The translations under genes and the position numbers were made by a program. From the NCBI GenBank assembly GCA_000025185.1, contig CP001848.1:3360001-3392000 (forward strand): 32,000 bases of DNA, written 5' to 3'. The notes below the pieces were generated by a model. It did no database searches and was not told the origin of the DNA. It worked only from the letters and a program-made list of their open reading frames with translations. Each line of letters starts with the position of its first letter. The stretch's first letter is position 1. Positions 16,274-26,430 of this stretch are shown here, piece by piece. The stretch is from Pirellula staleyi DSM 6068 (GTDB taxonomy: Bacteria > Planctomycetota > Planctomycetia > Pirellulales > Pirellulaceae).

Positions 16274-16550
16274 TTTGGTTTTAGCCAGTTTATCGCGAAG
16301 AATATCTTGGCTTTGGGCCCTGGTAACGAAGTGCTTGTTCTGCTTTAATGCGGGACTCCACTAAGTTAAGTTGAATCTTTAAGGCCCCGTTGAGTACTGC
16401 TCGGCAGGGTTTTGAAATATTGATTTGGTGTCGAATTGGTGTGATTTCCAATCTGCTTCATTGGGGCAGCAAATTGAATCGGAAGCTTCGCTGGTAAGAC
16501 GAAGGTTTCCTTCGCGCTCCAGTAAGCATATGACCACGGGACACATGGCG

Positions 16551-17249
16551 ATGACTAAGGGTATACTCGGCCGCAAGGTCGGGATGACGCAAATTTATGA
16601 TGAGGCTGGAAATGCAATTCCAGTCACGGTCGTCGAGGCAGGCCCTTGTCGTGTCCTCCAGCTTAAAACACTGGAGCGCGATGGCTATGAGGCTGTTCAG
16701 CTTGGCTTTCTTGATAAGCCTCGCCGCCTCGCCAGTCGCAGTGAACGTGGTCACGTAGCAGCACTCGAAAGCAAGCGTGCCAAGCGGCGTGCAGCTGCCG
16801 GTGTTGTTGCAGTTGCTAAAGCCGCTTGCGAACCTAAGCGATTTGTTCGCGAATTCCGCGGCTCCGCCGATGGCTTTACCGTCGGTCAAGATGTGACGGT
16901 CGAAGCACTCGAAGGCGTCAAGGCTGTTGACGTCACCGGCATCTCCAAAGGCCGTGGTTTTTCGGGTGCAATGAAACGGCATAACTTTGCCGGTCAGCGT
17001 GCGACGCACGGTGTGAAGAAGGTGCATCGCCACATGGGTGGTACTGGTGCCCTCGCTTCGAACCGCGGTGGTGGCCGTATGAAAAAAGGCAAGAAGATGC
17101 CGGGCCAGTACGGAAGTGCTCGCATCACTACTCGCAACATCAAGCTTGTGCGAGTCGACAAAGAAAATAATCTTCTGCTCATCAATGGTCCCGTCCCTGG
17201 TCCACAGGGTGCAATGGTGATCATTCGAGAGACCAACAAGGTCAGCTAG
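16551..17249 (+). CDS. rplC: 50S ribosomal protein L3
   Basis: MTKGILGRKVGMTQIYDEAGNAIPVTVVEAGPC. Alternative in-frame ATGs at 16545 and 16530. Confidence 0.95.
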   Translation: MTKGILGRKVGMTQIYDEAGNAIPVTVVEAGPCRVLQLKTLERDGYEAVQLGFLDKPRRLASRSERGHVAALESKRAKRRAAAGVVAVAKAACEPKRFVREFRGSADGFTVGQDVTVEALEGVKAVDVTGISKGRGFSGAMKRHNFAGQRATHGVKKVHRHMGGTGALASNRGGGRMKKGKKMPGQYGSARITTRNIKLVRVDKENNLLLINGPVPGPQGAMVIIRETNKVS

Positions 17250-17314
17250 AGCAACTAATCGCTCCGGCGTTCAAGGTCTCAGGGCAAACACAAAGTTTTT
17301 ATTGGCATACGAAC

Positions 17315-17944
17315 ATGGCAACACTTCCTGTCTTTAATCGCTCGGGTGCTGAGGTCGGCAAGTACGAAATCGACCCTGCCGAAATCGCCCCGAAGATCAG
17401 CCAGCAGCTGCTGCACGACGTCGTAGTGATGTACCAGGCGAATCTTCGTCAAGGTACGCATCGCACGAAAGGTCGTGGTGAAGTAGCTGGTTCGACGAAG
17501 AAGATGTACCGTCAGAAGGGTACGGGTAACGCTCGTGCAGGTTCGCGCCGCTCGGGTGTTCGTCGTGGTGGTGGACACATTTTTGCTCTCCGCCCACGCG
17601 ACTACTCCTATCGCCTCCCTCGCAAGGCTGTGCAAGCTGCCACGCGTATGGCAATTGCCCATAAGCTCAATCAAAACAGCGTGGTGGTGATCGACGAATT
17701 GTCGATGGCCGCTCCGAAGACTAAAGAAGTTGCTACGATCCTGAAGACGCTCGGATTGGCTGGAGCCAGCACGCTGGTGACCACGGCCGGTCTTGACGTC
17801 AACGTTTATAAGAGTGCTCGTAACATCGACAAAGTGACGGTTTCCCCCGTCGCCGACCTCAATGCTCTCTCGGTTCTTATGCCTCGCAAGATGCTGGTCA
17901 CGAAGGCCGCTCTCGATGCCATCAAGACTCGAGCTAAGGGCTAG
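17315..17944 (+). CDS. rplD: 50S ribosomal protein L4
   Basis: YRQKGTGNARAGSRRSGVRRGGGHIFA. Confidence 0.95.
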   Translation: MATLPVFNRSGAEVGKYEIDPAEIAPKISQQLLHDVVVMYQANLRQGTHRTKGRGEVAGSTKKMYRQKGTGNARAGSRRSGVRRGGGHIFALRPRDYSYRLPRKAVQAATRMAIAHKLNQNSVVVIDELSMAAPKTKEVATILKTLGLAGASTLVTTAGLDVNVYKSARNIDKVTVSPVADLNALSVLMPRKMLVTKAALDAIKTRAKG

Positions 17945-18024
17945 TTGTTTGTTCGATGAAATGAGATGGCAGTGGCTGATGATGCCGCTGCCCCAAGATC
18001 TGCGAGTTGCCTGAGGATTATCCC

Positions 18025-18339
18025 ATGTCGACTGAAATTCAAACGACCGAAACACCTCGCCTGGAGTCTTACCAGGTGGTGCTTCGTCCGCTCGTGACAG
18101 AAAAAGGGATGCATCGCAGCACCCGCAACAACCAATATTCGTTCGAAGTCAATCCTCTCGCGACCAAGCACGACATCCGTCGCGCCGTCGAAGAGTTGTT
18201 CGAAGTCAAGGTAGAAAGCGTTCGCACGCAAAACCGCCTTGGCAAGAGCCGTCGCAACCGCACGAAGGCTGGTGTGACGAAGTCGTGGAAGAAGGCGATC
18301 GTAACGCTCAACGCTGAGCACCGTATCAACTTCTTCTAA
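18025..18339 (+). CDS. rplW: 50S ribosomal protein L23
   Basis: VLRPLVTEKGM...YSFEVNPLATKHDIRRAVEELFEVKV. The ATG at 18025 follows GAGGA. Confidence 0.95.
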   Translation: MSTEIQTTETPRLESYQVVLRPLVTEKGMHRSTRNNQYSFEVNPLATKHDIRRAVEELFEVKVESVRTQNRLGKSRRNRTKAGVTKSWKKAIVTLNAEHRINFF

Positions 18340-18411
18340 TCGTTTCGTTCGTAGTTTCGCAGCGGCTTGAGTCAAACAACTAAGGCCTCCATAACGGGGC
18401 GGTGAGCTGAA

Positions 18412-19269
18412 ATGGGCATTCGTCATTACAATCCGGTAACGCCAGGTCGCCGTGGTGCGAGCGTTAGCGATTTCAAAGAACTCACCAAAGGTGCAGTTGC
18501 TCCGAAGTCGCTCCTCAAACCAAAGAAGAAGACCGGCGGACGCAACAACCAGGGTAAGATTACCACTCGTCACATCGGCGGTGGCCATAAGCAGCAGTAT
18601 CGCGTTATCGATTTTCATCGCACCAAGGACGGAATCCCTGCCAAGGTTGATTCGATCCAGTACGATCCCAACCGCAACGCTCGTATTGCTCTGTTGTTTT
18701 ATGCCGACGGCGAAAAGCGGTTCATCATCGCTCCCGATGGTTTGCTCGCCGGCCAGACGGTCGAAAGCGGACCTGATGCACCTCCCACGGTTGGCAATTG
18801 CCTGCCGATGAGCCGCATTCCTGCCGGCGTGACAATCCACAATATTGAACTTGCTCCAGGTCGTGGTGCTCGCCTCTGTCGTAGTGCAGGCTCGAGTGCA
18901 GTCCTGATGGCACGTGAATCAGGCTGGGCACAAATTCAGCTTCCGAGCGGCGAAATTCGCCGTGTTCCTGCTACTTGCCGTGCGACGGTAGGTGCTGTGG
19001 GCAACTCGGACGCAATGAACGTTGTCATTGGTAAGGCTGGTCGTAAGCGTTGGATGGGCGTTCGCCCAACCGTTCGCGGTACTGCCATGAACCCGATCGA
19101 TCACCCGCACGGTGGTGGTGAAGGTCGTACCAAGGGTGGTCGCCATCCGGTCAGCCCGACGGGTATTCCGGCCAAGGGTGGTTCGACCCGCAAGCGTCGT
19201 AAGGCCTCGAATTCGGCGATTGTTCGTCGTCGCCGTTCGCGTCGTTATGGCGTCCTGAAACTGAAATAA
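18412..19269 (+). CDS. rplB: 50S ribosomal protein L2
   Basis: [26 protein letters not shown] and [13 protein letters not shown]. Confidence 0.97.
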   Translation: MGIRHYNPVTPGRRGASVSDFKELTKGAVAPKSLLKPKKKTGGRNNQGKITTRHIGGGHKQQYRVIDFHRTKDGIPAKVDSIQYDPNRNARIALLFYADGEKRFIIAPDGLLAGQTVESGPDAPPTVGNCLPMSRIPAGVTIHNIELAPGRGARLCRSAGSSAVLMARESGWAQIQLPSGEIRRVPATCRATVGAVGNSDAMNVVIGKAGRKRWMGVRPTVRGTAMNPIDHPHGGGEGRTKGGRHPVSPTGIPAKGGSTRKRRKASNSAIVRRRRSRRYGVLKLK

Positions 19270-19309
19270 TTGTTTGAGTTACCGTTTAAGCGAGTGAGTT
19301 GAGACTCCT

Positions 19310-19579
19310 ATGAGCAGGTCTACCAAAAAGGGTCCTTTTGTAGATTTCAAGGTCTACAAGAAGGTGCAAGCCACCCTGACATCAGGTTCGAAAGAACCGA
19401 TCAAGACGTGGGCTCGTGGCTGCACGATTGTTCCCGAATTTGTGGGCCTCACATTCATGGTTCACAACGGCAAGGCACATCTCAAGGTGTTTGTTACCGA
19501 AGATATGGTCGGTCACAAGCTGGGCGAGTTTGCTCCGACTCGTACCTTTAAGGGTCACGGCGGTAAGGCCAAGAAGTAA
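19310..19579 (+). CDS. rpsS: 30S ribosomal protein S19
   Basis: KKGPFVD...[17 protein letters not shown]. Confidence 0.97.
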   Translation: MSRSTKKGPFVDFKVYKKVQATLTSGSKEPIKTWARGCTIVPEFVGLTFMVHNGKAHLKVFVTEDMVGHKLGEFAPTRTFKGHGGKAKK

Positions 19580-19667
19580 AGCGTAGGAATTTGCTTGTAG
19601 TTTGACTGGACTTATAAGTGCTTCTTATAACGACCATCAAAGTCGCAAGAGATGAAAAGAGTTTAAT

Positions 19668-20024
19668 ATGGCATTCAAAGCAAGTCACCAACACGCCCGC
19701 ATGAGCGCCCGTAAGGTTCGCTTGATGGCGGACATGATCCGTGGCAAGTTTGCCGACGAAGCGCTCGACATTCTCAAGTATCAGCCCCATCGTGGTGCTC
19801 GTTTGCTGGAGAAGGTTTTGAAGTCGGCGATCGGCAATGCTCAAGATCCAGAGCAAAACCCCGGTAAGACGGTTCGCGTCGAGCAGTTGGTGGTGACCGA
19901 TGCCCGCGTTGATGGCGGCCCGATGTTCAAGCGAATTCGGCCTGTCTCGCGTGGTATGGCATACGGAATCAAACGTCGCACATCGCACATTCATGTGGGG
20001 CTCACCGACATCAGCGAGATGTAA
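19668..20024 (+). CDS. rplV: 50S ribosomal protein L22
   Basis: ARMSARKVRLMADMIRGK...RIRPVSRGMAYGIKRRTSHI. Confidence 0.95.
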   Translation: MAFKASHQHARMSARKVRLMADMIRGKFADEALDILKYQPHRGARLLEKVLKSAIGNAQDPEQNPGKTVRVEQLVVTDARVDGGPMFKRIRPVSRGMAYGIKRRTSHIHVGLTDISEM

Positions 20025-20104
20025 ATTTCGCAGTGAGGGTGATCTGCTTCACGGTTAGCAGCTAAGACTCGAGTACAGAGTTCAGTCAGAAGCGAGTAAG
20101 GCAT

Positions 20105-20818
20105 ATGGGACAGAAAGTTCATCCAATCGGCTTTCGAACCGGCATCATGATCGGTTGGAAGAGTCGTTGGTATGCGTCCAAGAAGGAGTATGCCAATCTG
20201 CTCCTCGAGGACAAGAAGATTCGCGAGTTCGTAAAGAATCACCCAAGCAAAACGCAATATCGCAGTGCAGGTATCGATCGAATCGAGATCGAACGTACTC
20301 GCGATGAAGTGAAGGTCGTTTTGTTCGTGGCTCGGCCTGGTGTGATCATCGGTAAGAAGGGTCAAGAGGTCGAGATCCTGCAGGAAGAACTGCAGAACCT
20401 GACCGGCCGTCGCATCAACCTTAAGATTGAAGAAATCGCTCGGCCTGAAATCCAGGCTCAGCTGATTGCAGAAGAAATTGCCCAACAGCTTTCCAAGCGA
20501 GCCAGTTTCCGCCGTACGCTCAAGCGTGCGATCGAGCAAACAATGGACGCCGGTGCTAAGGGTGTGAAGATTCAATTGGCTGGTCGTTTGGGTGGTGCCG
20601 AAATGGCCCGCTGCGAAAAGGCAACTGCTGGATCGCTGCCACTCAGTACGCTTCGTGCCAAGATCGATTATGGCTTCACCGAAGCGATGACCGCCCAAGG
20701 TCATATCGGTGTTCAGGTTTGGGTCAACCAAGGTATGTTTGAGGGAGATGCTTCCAATGGCGCTGATGCCCAAACGAGTGAAGCACCGAAAAAGCCAAAG
20801 AGGACGTATAAAAGGTAA
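20105..20818 (+). CDS. rpsC: 30S ribosomal protein S3
   Basis: [14 protein letters not shown], a KH-domain region, [10 protein letters not shown]. The Lys-rich C-terminal tail overlaps the rplP start. Confidence 0.95.
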   Translation: MGQKVHPIGFRTGIMIGWKSRWYASKKEYANLLLEDKKIREFVKNHPSKTQYRSAGIDRIEIERTRDEVKVVLFVARPGVIIGKKGQEVEILQEELQNLTGRRINLKIEEIARPEIQAQLIAEEIAQQLSKRASFRRTLKRAIEQTMDAGAKGVKIQLAGRLGGAEMARCEKATAGSLPLSTLRAKIDYGFTEAMTAQGHIGVQVWVNQGMFEGDASNGADAQTSEAPKKPKRTYKR

Positions 20819-21173
20819 AGCCCAACGCGGTAACCGCGTGGTCTTTGGCGATTACGGCTTGCAGGCTTTGCAAGGTGGCTGGATCAAAGCGACAACCATC
20901 GAATCGGGTCGTATTGCTGCACAGCAATATATCCGTGGTGAAGGTCGTTTGTACATTCGCGTATTCCCACACAAGTCGGTCACTTCCCGCCCACTCGAGA
21001 CTCGAATGGGTAAGGGTAAAGGTGAACCGGATCACTGGGTGGCTGTGGTTCGCGAAGGTACGATCCTATTTGAACTCAACGGCGTGACTGAACAGCAGGC
21101 AAAGCTTTGCTTCGCTCGTTTGGCTCACAAGATGCCGGTACGTGTTCGCATGGTTCGTCGTCGTCCTGCCTAG
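20757..21173 (+). CDS. rplP: 50S ribosomal protein L16
   Basis: [20 protein letters not shown]...[21 protein letters not shown] lies 9 nt upstream of the ATG at 20757. Alternative starts at 20748 and 20766. Confidence 0.93.
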   Translation: MALMPKRVKHRKSQRGRIKGKAQRGNRVVFGDYGLQALQGGWIKATTIESGRIAAQQYIRGEGRLYIRVFPHKSVTSRPLETRMGKGKGEPDHWVAVVREGTILFELNGVTEQQAKLCFARLAHKMPVRVRMVRRRPA

Positions 21174-21230
21174 TGCAGCGGTGTGTCGAACAGATAGTTT
21201 ACAGAACGTGATGCTACAGAGCGAAGGTAG

Positions 21231-21440
21231 ATGGCGATGAAGGCGACTGAACTTCGAGAGATGAGCGACGAGCAGCTGGGTCTCACGCTGAAGGAAACGG
21301 AACACAACTTGTTTCGTCTTCGGATGCAGGCTCAAACCGAGCGTCTTGATGCTCCTTCGGAACTTCGTCGACTGAAGCGTCTTGTCGCTCGCATTAAGAC
21401 GATTCAGTGCGAGAAGGCGAGCAAGGCAGTTGCTGCCTAG
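21231..21440 (+). CDS. rpmC: 50S ribosomal protein L29
   Basis: ELREMSDEQL...NLFRLRMQ. Alternative start at 21237. Confidence 0.92.
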   Translation: MAMKATELREMSDEQLGLTLKETEHNLFRLRMQAQTERLDAPSELRRLKRLVARIKTIQCEKASKAVAA

Positions 21441-21507
21441 TTTTGGTTTCGAGCTGATTCGTCATTAAACAAGTTTCCTTTGGTTTCACTGCAAAGTTGG
21501 TCAGGCC

Positions 21508-21786
21508 ATGCCCAAGCGAGTTGTTGTTGGACTTGTTACGCGTGATAAGGGTGATAAGACCCGTCGCGTGGAAGTGCCGCTGGTAGTTCGTCATGCTACG
21601 TATGGCAAGATCATGCGTCGCCGCACGATTTGCTACGCACACGACGAAGCCAACCTATCGAAGATGGGTGATACGGTCGAGATCGAAGAGTGCCGTCCTA
21701 TGTCGGCCACCAAGCGATGGAACCTGGTTCGCGTCGTTTCGGCTGCTAAGGTCGATACCAGTAAGCCAGCGGATGCAGCGGAGTAG
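21508..21786 (+). CDS. rpsQ: 30S ribosomal protein S17
   Basis: VGLVTRDKGDKTRRVEV...YAHDE...GDTVEIEECRPMSATKRW. Confidence 0.95.
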   Translation: MPKRVVVGLVTRDKGDKTRRVEVPLVVRHATYGKIMRRRTICYAHDEANLSKMGDTVEIEECRPMSATKRWNLVRVVSAAKVDTSKPADAAE

Positions 21787-21883
21787 TCCGCTACCTCGCA
21801 GTCGGCTGTAGACCAGTTTGCAGTTGAGACCGGACAACGCCTGATCCGTTTTGATCAGACGCCTAGAAGACAAGAGTTGAGTC

Positions 21884-22252
21884 ATGATTCAGCAAGAAAC
21901 TCGGATGGCCGTTGCCGACAACACCGGCGCCCGCGAAGTGATGTGCGTGAAGGTGCTGGGTGGTTCGCGTCGTCGCACCGCTGGCATTGGCGACGTGATC
22001 ATTTGCAGCGTGAAGAGTGTTATTCCGGGTAGCGAAATCAAGAAGAAGGCCGTCGTTCGGGCTGTGGTGGTTCGCACCAAGAGTCCTCAGCGTCGTGCGG
22101 ATGGTAGCTACGTTCGTTTCGATGCCAATGCTGTGGTGCTCGTGGATGCTGAAGGCAATCCACGCGGCACGCGTATCTTTGGTGCCGTTGCTCGTGAGCT
22201 GCGTGACAAGAATTACATGAAAATCGTTAGTTTGGCGAGCGAGGTGGTCTAA
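21884..22252 (+). CDS. rplN: 50S ribosomal protein L14
   Basis: [27 protein letters not shown]. Confidence 0.97.
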   Translation: MIQQETRMAVADNTGAREVMCVKVLGGSRRRTAGIGDVIICSVKSVIPGSEIKKKAVVRAVVVRTKSPQRRADGSYVRFDANAVVLVDAEGNPRGTRIFGAVARELRDKNYMKIVSLASEVV

Positions 22253-22587
22253 TGCACATCAAAGCAAACGACGTGGTGGAAGTAATCACCGGCGACGACA
22301 AAGGTGTGCGTGGCAAGGTGCTCTCGATCGATCGCGAAGCTGGTAAGCTCGTGGTTGAAGGGGTGAACCGTGTCTACAAGCACGTTCGCCGCAGCCAAAA
22401 GAACCCACAGGGTGGTCGCCTCTCGAAAGAGATGCCGATTCAGATCTCGAACGTGCTCCTGTTTTGCTCGAAGTGCAGCAGTGCTTCGCGAACTGGTTCA
22501 CGCGTCGCAGCTGACGGCTCGAAGGAACGCTTCTGCAAGAAGTGTGGAACTTCGGCTGGCGTGATCGCCCCTGCTAAGAAGAAGTAA
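22252..22587 (+). CDS. rplX: 50S ribosomal protein L24 (Cys4 variant)
   Basis: KOW-like N-terminus VVEVITGDDKGVRGKVL. TAATG overlap with rplN. C-terminal CSKC-x19-CKKC. Confidence 0.93.
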   Translation: MHIKANDVVEVITGDDKGVRGKVLSIDREAGKLVVEGVNRVYKHVRRSQKNPQGGRLSKEMPIQISNVLLFCSKCSSASRTGSRVAADGSKERFCKKCGTSAGVIAPAKKK

Positions 22588-22674
22588 CAACAGCCGTTAG
22601 GCTAGTATCGCTCAGGTCAACTCGATCTCAGCGGCATACGACTCAATCGAATCAGTTTGTAGCGAGTGACGGTT

Positions 22675-23232
22675 ATGACATCGCGAATGCAGGTCAAGTT
22701 TGAGAAAGAAGTGCTGCCTGCCTTGGCTGAAAAGCTAGGTCGCGCCAACAAGTTGTCGTTGCCACGCATCGAAAAGATCGTGGTGAGCATGGGTGTTGGT
22801 GCTGCAGTGCAGGATAAAAAATTCCTGGAAACTGCTGCAGAAGCGATGGGCCAAATCACCGGTCAACGCCCTATTATCACCAAGTCCCGTTCGGCTATTT
22901 CAGCCTTTCGTCTTCGTGAGAACATGCCGATTGGCTGCAAGGTTACGCTTCGTGGTCGGCGGATGTTTGAGTTCCTCGATCGCCTCATCTCGCTGGCGCT
23001 TCCTCGCGTTCGCGACTTTCGTGGTGTGAGCCGAACTGCATTCGATGGCAATGGCAGCTACAGTTTGGGTCTGTCGGAACAGTTGGTGTTCCCTGAACTC
23101 AACCCCGATAAATTCACCCGTCCGCAAGGTATGAACATCACCGTAGTGGTTCGCAATGCTACCGACGACGAGTCGCGTGAGATGTTGGCCGCTATGGGAA
23201 TGCCGTTCCAGACGGAAGGTGGCGACAAGTAA
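22675..23232 (+). CDS. rplE: 50S ribosomal protein L5
   Basis: LPRIEKIVVSMGVG...FRGVS...FDGNGSYSLGLSEQLVFPE. Start ambiguous: GTG 22666, ATG 22675 or ATG 22687. Confidence 0.95.
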   Translation: MTSRMQVKFEKEVLPALAEKLGRANKLSLPRIEKIVVSMGVGAAVQDKKFLETAAEAMGQITGQRPIITKSRSAISAFRLRENMPIGCKVTLRGRRMFEFLDRLISLALPRVRDFRGVSRTAFDGNGSYSLGLSEQLVFPELNPDKFTRPQGMNITVVVRNATDDESREMLAAMGMPFQTEGGDK

Positions 23233-23355
23233 CGTCGCCGATTTAATACAGTTCGTGATTCGTTAGGCTGACAAGTTGCGGTTTGGTGAGCCTCGAGAAT
23301 TCACCCATACTCCGCCTTTAGGAGTGTGAGATTTTCACAATAAGGCAGCAGAAAC

Positions 23356-23541
23356 GTGGCCAGTAAAAGCAAGATTGCCAAATCCAAATTGGAGCCCAAG
23401 TTTTCGACACGGCTCAATCGGCGCTGCCAAATGTGCGGTCGCCCACGAGGTGTGTATCGCAAGTTTGGTATCTGCCGCATTTGCTTCCGCAAGCTCGCCG
23501 ACCAGGGTTTGATTCCCGGCGTGCGTAAGGCTAGCTGGTAG
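23356..23541 (+). CDS. rpsN: 30S ribosomal protein S14 type Z (zinc-binding short form)
   Basis: 61 aa with a GTG start. [22 protein letters not shown]. Confidence 0.93.
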   Translation: MASKSKIAKSKLEPKFSTRLNRRCQMCGRPRGVYRKFGICRICFRKLADQGLIPGVRKASW

Positions 23542-23652
23542 TAGTTTGGATGTTGGCGACGAAGGAATCCTCCTCAGCGAGTGCTTGAGGTGGTGACTTC
23601 TAGCGGTGGCCCAATGCTGAGAGCTGATTGGTAGTTAAGGGATTCGAAAGAC

Positions 23653-24048
23653 ATGCTTACTGACCCTATCGCCGATATGTTGACGCGGATTCGCAATGCC
23701 GTGCACGTGGAGCGTCCACATGTGGATGTTCCTGTGTCGAAGGTGAAGCGAGGCGTGGCCGACGTTCTTAAGCGTGAAGGCTACATTTGGGATTGGTCGG
23801 AAGTTGATGGCGAAGCGATCAAAACGCTCCGTCTCGAACTGAAGTACGGCCCCAACGGCGAGCATGTCATCCAGCACATCAAGCGTATCAGCTCGCCTGG
23901 TCGCCGTGTTTATCGTAAAGCCACGGAACTCCGCCCGGTTCTCAACGGCCTGGGTATCTCGATCATCAGCACCAGTGGTGGTGTACTGAGCGATCGCGAA
24001 GCTCGCCAAAAGAAGCTCGGTGGCGAAGTGTTGTGCGAACTCTACTAA
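23653..24048 (+). CDS. rpsH: 30S ribosomal protein S8
   Basis: MLTDPIADMLTRIRNA...GGEVLCELY. Confidence 0.97.
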   Translation: MLTDPIADMLTRIRNAVHVERPHVDVPVSKVKRGVADVLKREGYIWDWSEVDGEAIKTLRLELKYGPNGEHVIQHIKRISSPGRRVYRKATELRPVLNGLGISIISTSGGVLSDREARQKKLGGEVLCELY

Positions 24049-24162
24049 GCGATTTTGCTTCGCACGATTTCGCTGCTTTGCGAGATTGGGAGCTTGAAGC
24101 ATTCCTCGGGTGAGTGAGCTGTTTGATTCAAAGTTTGGTCCTTGTTTTCGGCGAGTGTGATC

Positions 24163-24708
24163 ATGTCACGTATCGGCAATAAACCAGTTCCCGTTCTCGA
24201 CGGCGTGAAAGTCTCGCTTTCGGGTCGGAAGGTTCTCGTCGAAGGTCCCAAGGGGAAGCTCGAGTGGGAACCAAGTAAGCCGATCTCGGTTGAAGTCGAC
24301 GCCGCGACTAAGGAAATTGTCGTTAAACGTGTCGATGATGAGCGTGAATCGCGTGCTTTGCATGGGCTTTCGCGGGCGATCATCAACAACATGATCATTG
24401 GGGTCAAAAACGGTTACGAGAAGCGTCTGGAAGTGGTGGGCGTCGGTTACGTGGTGTCGCTCAAGGGAACGATCCTGAACCTGCGCGTCGGCTTGGCCAA
24501 CGAACTCAAGCGTGAGATTCCCGCTGGCTTGACCGTTACCTGCCCCGATCAAACTCACATTGTGATTCAAGGTTGCGACAAGCAGAAGGTGGGCCAGTTC
24601 GCCGCCGAGCTTCGTTCGCTTCGCAAGCCTGAGCCTTACAAGGGCAAGGGTGTTCGTTATCAGGGTGAAACGATCAAGCTCAAGCCAGGTAAGGCAGCGA
24701 CCAAGTAA
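24163..24708 (+). CDS. rplF: 50S ribosomal protein L6
   Basis: MSRIGNKPVPV...KPEPYKGKGVRYQGE. Start taken at the ATG at 24163 within ORF 24142..24708. Confidence 0.95.
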   Translation: MSRIGNKPVPVLDGVKVSLSGRKVLVEGPKGKLEWEPSKPISVEVDAATKEIVVKRVDDERESRALHGLSRAIINNMIIGVKNGYEKRLEVVGVGYVVSLKGTILNLRVGLANELKREIPAGLTVTCPDQTHIVIQGCDKQKVGQFAAELRSLRKPEPYKGKGVRYQGETIKLKPGKAATK

Positions 24709-24840
24709 AGTTGCTCCGCCAAGTTTCTGTAAGCAGTACGCTACAGACTGCTTGACGCGACAGAAACTCTGTCGACGTCTCAGATAGCTTGGCACCGTGG
24801 CGATGAGAGAGTTACGAATTTTTAGGTTTGAGGTGCGGAC

Positions 24841-25209
24841 GTGGATAAGAACAAGATTCTGGGTGGTCGGCGGCAGCGTCGGAAATATCGCGTGCGTAAA
24901 GCGGTTCGCGGTACGACCGAGCGTCCTCGCTTGTCGGTCTATCGCAGCTTGCAGAACATCTCGGTCCAAGTGATCGACGATTCGCAAGGCAAGACCCTTG
25001 TCTCGGCCAGCACGCTCGACACCAGCGTTCGCGAACAAATTGCTGCAGGCGGCAACAAAGAAGCTGCTGCTGCCATCGGCAAAGTGATCGCCGAACGTGC
25101 GATTGCTGCAGGAATTAAGCAGGTCTGTTTTGATCGCGGTCATTTCCGCTATCATGGTCGTGTAGCTGCTTTGGCCGATGCTGCTCGTGAAGCTGGACTC
25201 AGCTTCTAA
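24841..25209 (+). CDS. rplR: 50S ribosomal protein L18
   Basis: GTG start. [20 protein letters not shown]...[24 protein letters not shown]. Confidence 0.95.
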   Translation: MDKNKILGGRRQRRKYRVRKAVRGTTERPRLSVYRSLQNISVQVIDDSQGKTLVSASTLDTSVREQIAAGGNKEAAAAIGKVIAERAIAAGIKQVCFDRGHFRYHGRVAALADAAREAGLSF

Positions 25210-25390
25210 GCAGTGCTGGCTTCTAGCGCTAAGTTGATCAGACCGAAGTCGACCTCGGTGAGGTCGCAAAGAATCACGATTGCAACTTGGATGAGTCGGG
25301 CGTTCATTCAAGCATGACAGGTTGAAAGCCGAGTCCAAACCGCTACTGCCTTTGGCAGTAACTTGAGTATGTATCACGGGAGGAGCCACT

Positions 25391-25876
25391 GTGGCTAACG
25401 AGACGACGCGAAGTGAGTTCATCGACAAGACCGTGCAGATCAAGCGCTGTGCCGCCGTTGTGAAGGGTGGTCGCCGCTTCAGCTTTGCTGCAATGGTGGT
25501 TGTTGGTGACGGTAAGGGACGAGTGGGCTGGGGCTATGCCAAGGCCAACGAAGTTCCCCCCAGCGTCGAAAAGGCTCAAAAGCAAGCCGCTCGTACCATG
25601 GTGAGTGTTCCACTCTCGGAAGGTACGATCCCGCATATGGTGCGAGCTCAGTTCGGTTCGGCTGACGTCATGCTCATGCCCGCTGGTCCTGGTACGGGCG
25701 TTATCGCCGGTGCGGCCGTGCGTGCTGTTTGTGAAGCAGCTGGTATTTCGAACATCATCACCAAAAGCTTCGGCACCGGGAACCAAGTTACCGTTGTCAA
25801 GGCTGCCATCAAGGCTCTTGGTCTCCTGCGTACTTCGCAAGACATCGAGCGGCTGCGAGGAGTTTCGCTGACATGA
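25391..25876 (+). CDS. rpsE: 30S ribosomal protein S5
   Basis: GTG start preceded by GGAGGAG. IKRCAAVVKGGRRFSFAAMVVVGDGKGRVGWGYAKANEVP. Confidence 0.96.
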   Translation: MANETTRSEFIDKTVQIKRCAAVVKGGRRFSFAAMVVVGDGKGRVGWGYAKANEVPPSVEKAQKQAARTMVSVPLSEGTIPHMVRAQFGSADVMLMPAGPGTGVIAGAAVRAVCEAAGISNIITKSFGTGNQVTVVKAAIKALGLLRTSQDIERLRGVSLT

Positions 25877-26382
25877 GCTTGCACGAAATCAATGTTGGGA
25901 TTGAAAAGCATAAGCACACGAATCGCCGCGGTCGCGGTACTGGTTCGGGCAACGGCAAAACCGCTGGTAAGGGTCACAAGGGCCAACGAGCTCGTGCCGG
26001 TTGGAAGTCGCTTCCGATTTTCCAAGGTGGTGGTAGCCCGCTGGTTCGCCGCGTTCCAAAGCGTGGTTTTACCAATAGCTTCGCTCAGAAGGTCATGATC
26101 ATCAATGTGGGTGATCTCGAGGCCATGTTCGAAGACGGCACCACAGTGACTCCAGAACTGCTCGCCGAGAATCGCATCATCAGCGGTCAGTACGATGTGC
26201 TGAAGGTTTTGGGCGATGGCGATCTGACCAAGAAATTTACGATCTCGGCTCATCGCTTCAGCGAGTCGGCCAAAGAGAAGATCGAAAAGCTCGGCGGCAC
26301 AGCAAACGTGCTACCCGGCAAAGTGACGGTCGCCGAGAAGCGAGCCGCCGCTGAAGCCGCAAAGCCCCCCAAGAAAAAGTAA
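25873..26382 (+). CDS. rplO: 50S ribosomal protein L15
   Basis: ATGA overlap with rpsE. RRGRGTGSGNGKTAGKGHKGQRARAG. Confidence 0.95.
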   Translation: MSLHEINVGIEKHKHTNRRGRGTGSGNGKTAGKGHKGQRARAGWKSLPIFQGGGSPLVRRVPKRGFTNSFAQKVMIINVGDLEAMFEDGTTVTPELLAENRIISGQYDVLKVLGDGDLTKKFTISAHRFSESAKEKIEKLGGTANVLPGKVTVAEKRAAAEAAKPPKKK

Positions 26383-26404
26383 GCTAGTCGAAAAAGACAC
26401 CCAG

Positions 26405-26430
26405 CCCGGGTCAGTGCAAGCTGACTCGGG
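26405..26430 (+). terminator. Hairpin just after rplO (attenuator/terminator candidate)
   Basis: 10-bp stem CCCGGGTCAG / CTGACTCGGG (one G-U pair) with loop TGCAAG, followed by CAGCTTGTTGTTGG, which is only moderately U-rich. Confidence 0.35.

Noticed and set aside
17279-18840. Minus-strand ORFs of 258 and 299 aa opposite rplD, rplW and rplB
   Set aside because: Shadow ORFs antisense to conserved ribosomal protein genes, with no independent support.
24166-25443. 425-aa ORF on the minus strand across rplF-rplR-rpsE
   Set aside because: It lies antisense to three unmistakable ribosomal protein genes. The translation is low-complexity and Arg/Ser/Leu-rich with no recognisable motif, which is typical of a shadow ORF in GC-rich DNA.
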